Below, in pieces: positions 24,917-27,146 of a DNA stretch of 27,146 bases (its first letter is position 1; each line of letters starts with the position of its first letter). Origin of the DNA: a virus (taxonomy: Duplodnaviria; Caudoviricetes); the IMG/VR virus record IMGVR_UViG_3300018073_000022, positions 1-27,146 of that record; one strand, written 5' to 3'. The position numbers and the translations under genes were made by a program. A model generated the notes under the pieces. That model had not been told where the DNA came from and searched no databases. It worked only from the letters and a program-made list of their open reading frames with translations.

Positions 24917-25601
24917 GGTTGGTTATCTCCTCGGTAGCGCGCCCTTCGTAAATGACCGTGGTATTGTCCACTCTATGTTCCTCGTACCGCGGGAGGGAAT
25001 ACATCTTGTTGCCCCAATGGCCGACCAGTGCGGAAGTGTCGTGATCGACCCAGATGGGGATGCCTGCTTTTTCGAGCTTCTCGCAGAAGCCCCAGTCTTC
25101 CCCCTGCCACCTCTGTTCGGACTCGATCCACTTCACCGGGAACCACGGCTTCCTGATGTCATGGAACACCGTAGCCTTGATCATCATCACGCCCGTGCCG
25201 ACGCGCCAGACCTTCTCGAGTCCGGTGGTCCGCTCGCACGGGATGAGCTTGCCCGCTTCGTCGATCCCTTGGCAGGCGGTCTCCATCGGCGGGTCGACTT
25301 TGGTAGCGATGTTGCACGCGACGACTGCCCGCTGGTGAGTGAGCAGCCGCGCGACAACGCTGGCGGGAAACGATTGATCGGTGTCGATGAACAGTAAGTG
25401 CGTGAAGGAATACTTGAGCGCCATCTCGCCGAAGTGCTGGCGGGCTGCCCACAGCATGGAGGTCTTGTGGTTCAAGACCGCCATCTCGATTTGAGGCTCG
25501 TGGCGCATCGTCTGGGTGAGCATATTGCACATGGCCATCCCAAATTGATCGCTCCAGTGGCCTGTGGTGGGAAACCCGACCAACACTTTGGCTGAGATCA
25601 C
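24906..25601 (-). CDS. GT-A fold (GT2-like) glycosyltransferase
   Basis: GGGAG SD before GTG 25601; VLVGFPT, THLLFIDTD (DxD), VGTGVMMIK..VF, PWF, GEDWGFC.K...AGIPIWVD....VGH.G. Confidence 0.8.
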   Translation of the reverse strand: MISAKVLVGFPTTGHWSDQFGMAMCNMLTQTMRHEPQIEMAVLNHKTSMLWAARQHFGEMALKYSFTHLLFIDTDQSFPASVVARLLTHQRAVVACNIATKVDPPMETACQGIDEAGKLIPCERTTGLEKVWRVGTGVMMIKATVFHDIRKPWFPVKWIESEQRWQGEDWGFCEKLEKAGIPIWVDHDTSALVGHWGNKMYSLPRYEEHRVDNTTVIYEGRATEEITNHGA

Positions 25602-25624
25602 GCGGATTGTCTCCCGGCTTCGAG

Positions 25625-26839
25625 TTAGATGACCACCATATTGCCGATATAGGCGCAGGTTTCCTCGGCGAGCACCTCGAGTCCGCACTCGGTGAGCCAG
25701 CCGTCGATGATCGAGTCGGTGCCCTTGTCCTGTTGATCCTCCATCAGCTTGGTGTCGCGGAGGAAGCGGTACTTCAGGACCGTGGGATCGAGGATGAAGG
25801 CGGAGTTCGTATATTGCGCGTGGACGTTCATGAGCGGGTGGGTCTTGAACCCGATCTGCCCCTGCGGCAGCGTCCACACGTTGAGGTTCATCCCGAACAT
25901 CTTGACGACACCTTCCTGATTAATGACGCTGTCGGTCTTGGCCAGTTTGTTCAGCGAATTGAGGAAGCCGTTGCCGCAGAACGCGATGCGCTGATCGCCG
26001 GCGCGGGTATCCCAATTCCAAATTGGATACGTCGCATCCATGAACGTCGACGTGGTGATGCCGGTCGACGACTGGAAGATCGTCACGTTCGACGTGATGA
26101 AGCTCCGCAGGCCGCCCGTGGTGCGGGTCAGGTTGCCGGTAGCTTGGGGAGACGGGTCGACAACCTCGGATGCCAGCCCGTAAAGGAACTGCATCTCAAT
26201 GTCGCGGCCGTGAGCGAAAGTGGCCCTCTCCCGGTCGTTCTTATAGGCATCGCCGGTGCGGGCAAAGGTCTTATCCGCCGTGCCGGTAACGGCCCAATTC
26301 GTGCGGAAGATCTGGCAGTAGTTGGTGTACTTGGTCGGATTGTTCGATACCGACGCAGGCCGGGTCGAACCTTCTCCGAATGCCGTGCCGAGCGCGGTCA
26401 GGAAAGTGAAGCCGGTGGTGAGGGCCACGGGCGTGGTGCCGAACTGGCCGCGCTTGAGCACAACCGTAGTGTCGGAGGTCACCGACGATACGAGAGCGAT
26501 CTCAACGTTGGCCGCCACGTAGGACACCGGCTCGGTGGTGCCGATCGAGTCGACCTTGATGAGTTGGTTCGGCCGGAGCGCGAGGGCGCCGCCGGTCACC
26601 GTGAGCGTTTGTGAGGTGGTGATAAAGGCAGCGGTCAGCGTCAGGCGGATGACGGTGTTGCGCTCATTCCACCATGAGAACTGCGGGTCGGTAACCGAGG
26701 AAGAACCGAGCTTCTCGGTGAGGGCAAACAGCGGCGATTTGCCGTTGGGGTTGAGGAAGAGGATGGTCTCCCGGAAAGATTTGGGGCGCTCGTCGGTGCC
26801 CCAGTCGTCAGTGGCGCGAACGCCTGCGAAAAATGCCAT
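25625..26839 (-). CDS. Major capsid protein (SU10/DUF5309-like, HK97 fold)
   Basis: AAGGAG SD; I..L.P...PLF.L, F.WW.E, NYCQIFR....VTGT, H.RDIE..FLYG, R.TGGLR.FI, LTE.GLEV..E. Confidence 0.9.
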   Translation of the reverse strand: MAFFAGVRATDDWGTDERPKSFRETILFLNPNGKSPLFALTEKLGSSSVTDPQFSWWNERNTVIRLTLTAAFITTSQTLTVTGGALALRPNQLIKVDSIGTTEPVSYVAANVEIALVSSVTSDTTVVLKRGQFGTTPVALTTGFTFLTALGTAFGEGSTRPASVSNNPTKYTNYCQIFRTNWAVTGTADKTFARTGDAYKNDRERATFAHGRDIEMQFLYGLASEVVDPSPQATGNLTRTTGGLRSFITSNVTIFQSSTGITTSTFMDATYPIWNWDTRAGDQRIAFCGNGFLNSLNKLAKTDSVINQEGVVKMFGMNLNVWTLPQGQIGFKTHPLMNVHAQYTNSAFILDPTVLKYRFLRDTKLMEDQQDKGTDSIIDGWLTECGLEVLAEETCAYIGNMVVI

Positions 26840-26863
26840 TGAAGTTCTCCTTGCTTTCGAGCC

Positions 26864-27145
26864 CTAACGGCTGCCGCGCGCGTGGTTCACCATGTCCGCG
26901 AACACGTTGTACGAGGGGGTTGGTGAAGGGGCTACGCTGCCGGGACCAAGCGGGGTGCGGGCAACGATGTTGCCGTTCCCGTTCTGGTATTGGGGCTGGG
27001 CCGCAGGAGGCTGTGGAGCATTGGGTGCTGGGGCATTGGTGGAGGGAGACAAGCCGAGCATATTGCGTACCAATATGCCGATCTCCCGGGTGGCGATGTC
27101 CCGGGTGAGTCCCGGATTACCGCGGTTGGCCTGTATGTAGAGGGC
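26864..27145 (-). CDS. C-terminal part of a probable capsid scaffolding protein (5'-truncated)
   Basis: Frame open to the window edge (ALYIQANRGNPGLTRDIATREIGILVRNMLG...), Pro-rich tail, immediately upstream of the capsid gene. Confidence 0.6.
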   Translation of the reverse strand, partial: ALYIQANRGNPGLTRDIATREIGILVRNMLGLSPSTNAPAPNAPQPPAAQPQYQNGNGNIVARTPLGPGSVAPSPTPSYNVFADMVNHARGSR

Positions 27146-27146
27146 C

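Larger units (their letters stand above)
1..27146. mobile_element. Partial genome of a tailed phage/prophage (podovirus-like structural module; lambdoid-type replication and recombination module)
   Basis: Major capsid, adaptor, nozzle, fibre and ejection-type genes on the - strand; RecT, Gp157, initiator and DnaB genes on the + strand; dense gene packing with many start/stop overlaps; no host housekeeping genes. Confidence 0.96.

Noticed and set aside
25602-25877. Glycosyltransferase frame stays open about 90 codons into the capsid gene (-1 frame), suggesting a frameshifted capsid-GT fusion
   Set aside because: No canonical slippery heptamer was seen near the capsid stop, the GT has its own GGGAG SD and GTG start, and long alternative open frames are common at this GC content.
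27084-27116. Three TCCCGG(G) copies near the window end
   Set aside because: Short, GC-rich and explained by the coding sequence (PGLTRDIATRE); no evidence of regulatory function.

Overview
The window is a 27-kb slice of a GC-rich tailed bacteriophage or prophage with podovirus-like morphogenesis genes, organised as two convergent arms that meet at 10848/10853. The + arm (1-10848) is a tightly coupled chain of early/middle genes. It encodes a RecT-like annealing protein, a Gp157-like protein, a Vsr/DUF559-type nuclease, a candidate DNA-modification set (QueD, a compact TGT/DpdA-like transglycosylase and a Mom-like GNAT protein), a lambda-O-like replication initiator with internal iterons, DnaB, small Cys-rich proteins and a DUF3987-type ATPase. 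The - arm (27146->10853) is the virion operon: scaffold end, SU10-type major capsid, a GT-A glycosyltransferase, a Gly-rich fibre, adaptor, nozzle, tail fibre, an antisense HNH insertion, a GNAT and four probable ejection proteins ending in a 1509-aa PLxRFG protein. The most notable items are (1) a possible two-base (G and A) DNA hypermodification system with an incomplete deazaguanine pathway, (2) a structured leader whose 9-nt hairpin loop is the exact complement of the initiator gene's ribosome-binding site, (3) an exact 16-bp direct repeat bracketing the Mom-like cassette and (4) a glycosyltransferase directly behind the capsid gene. No terminase, portal, integrase, lysis gene, tRNA or CRISPR array was recognised. 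All family calls are from motif recognition by eye, not database searches.
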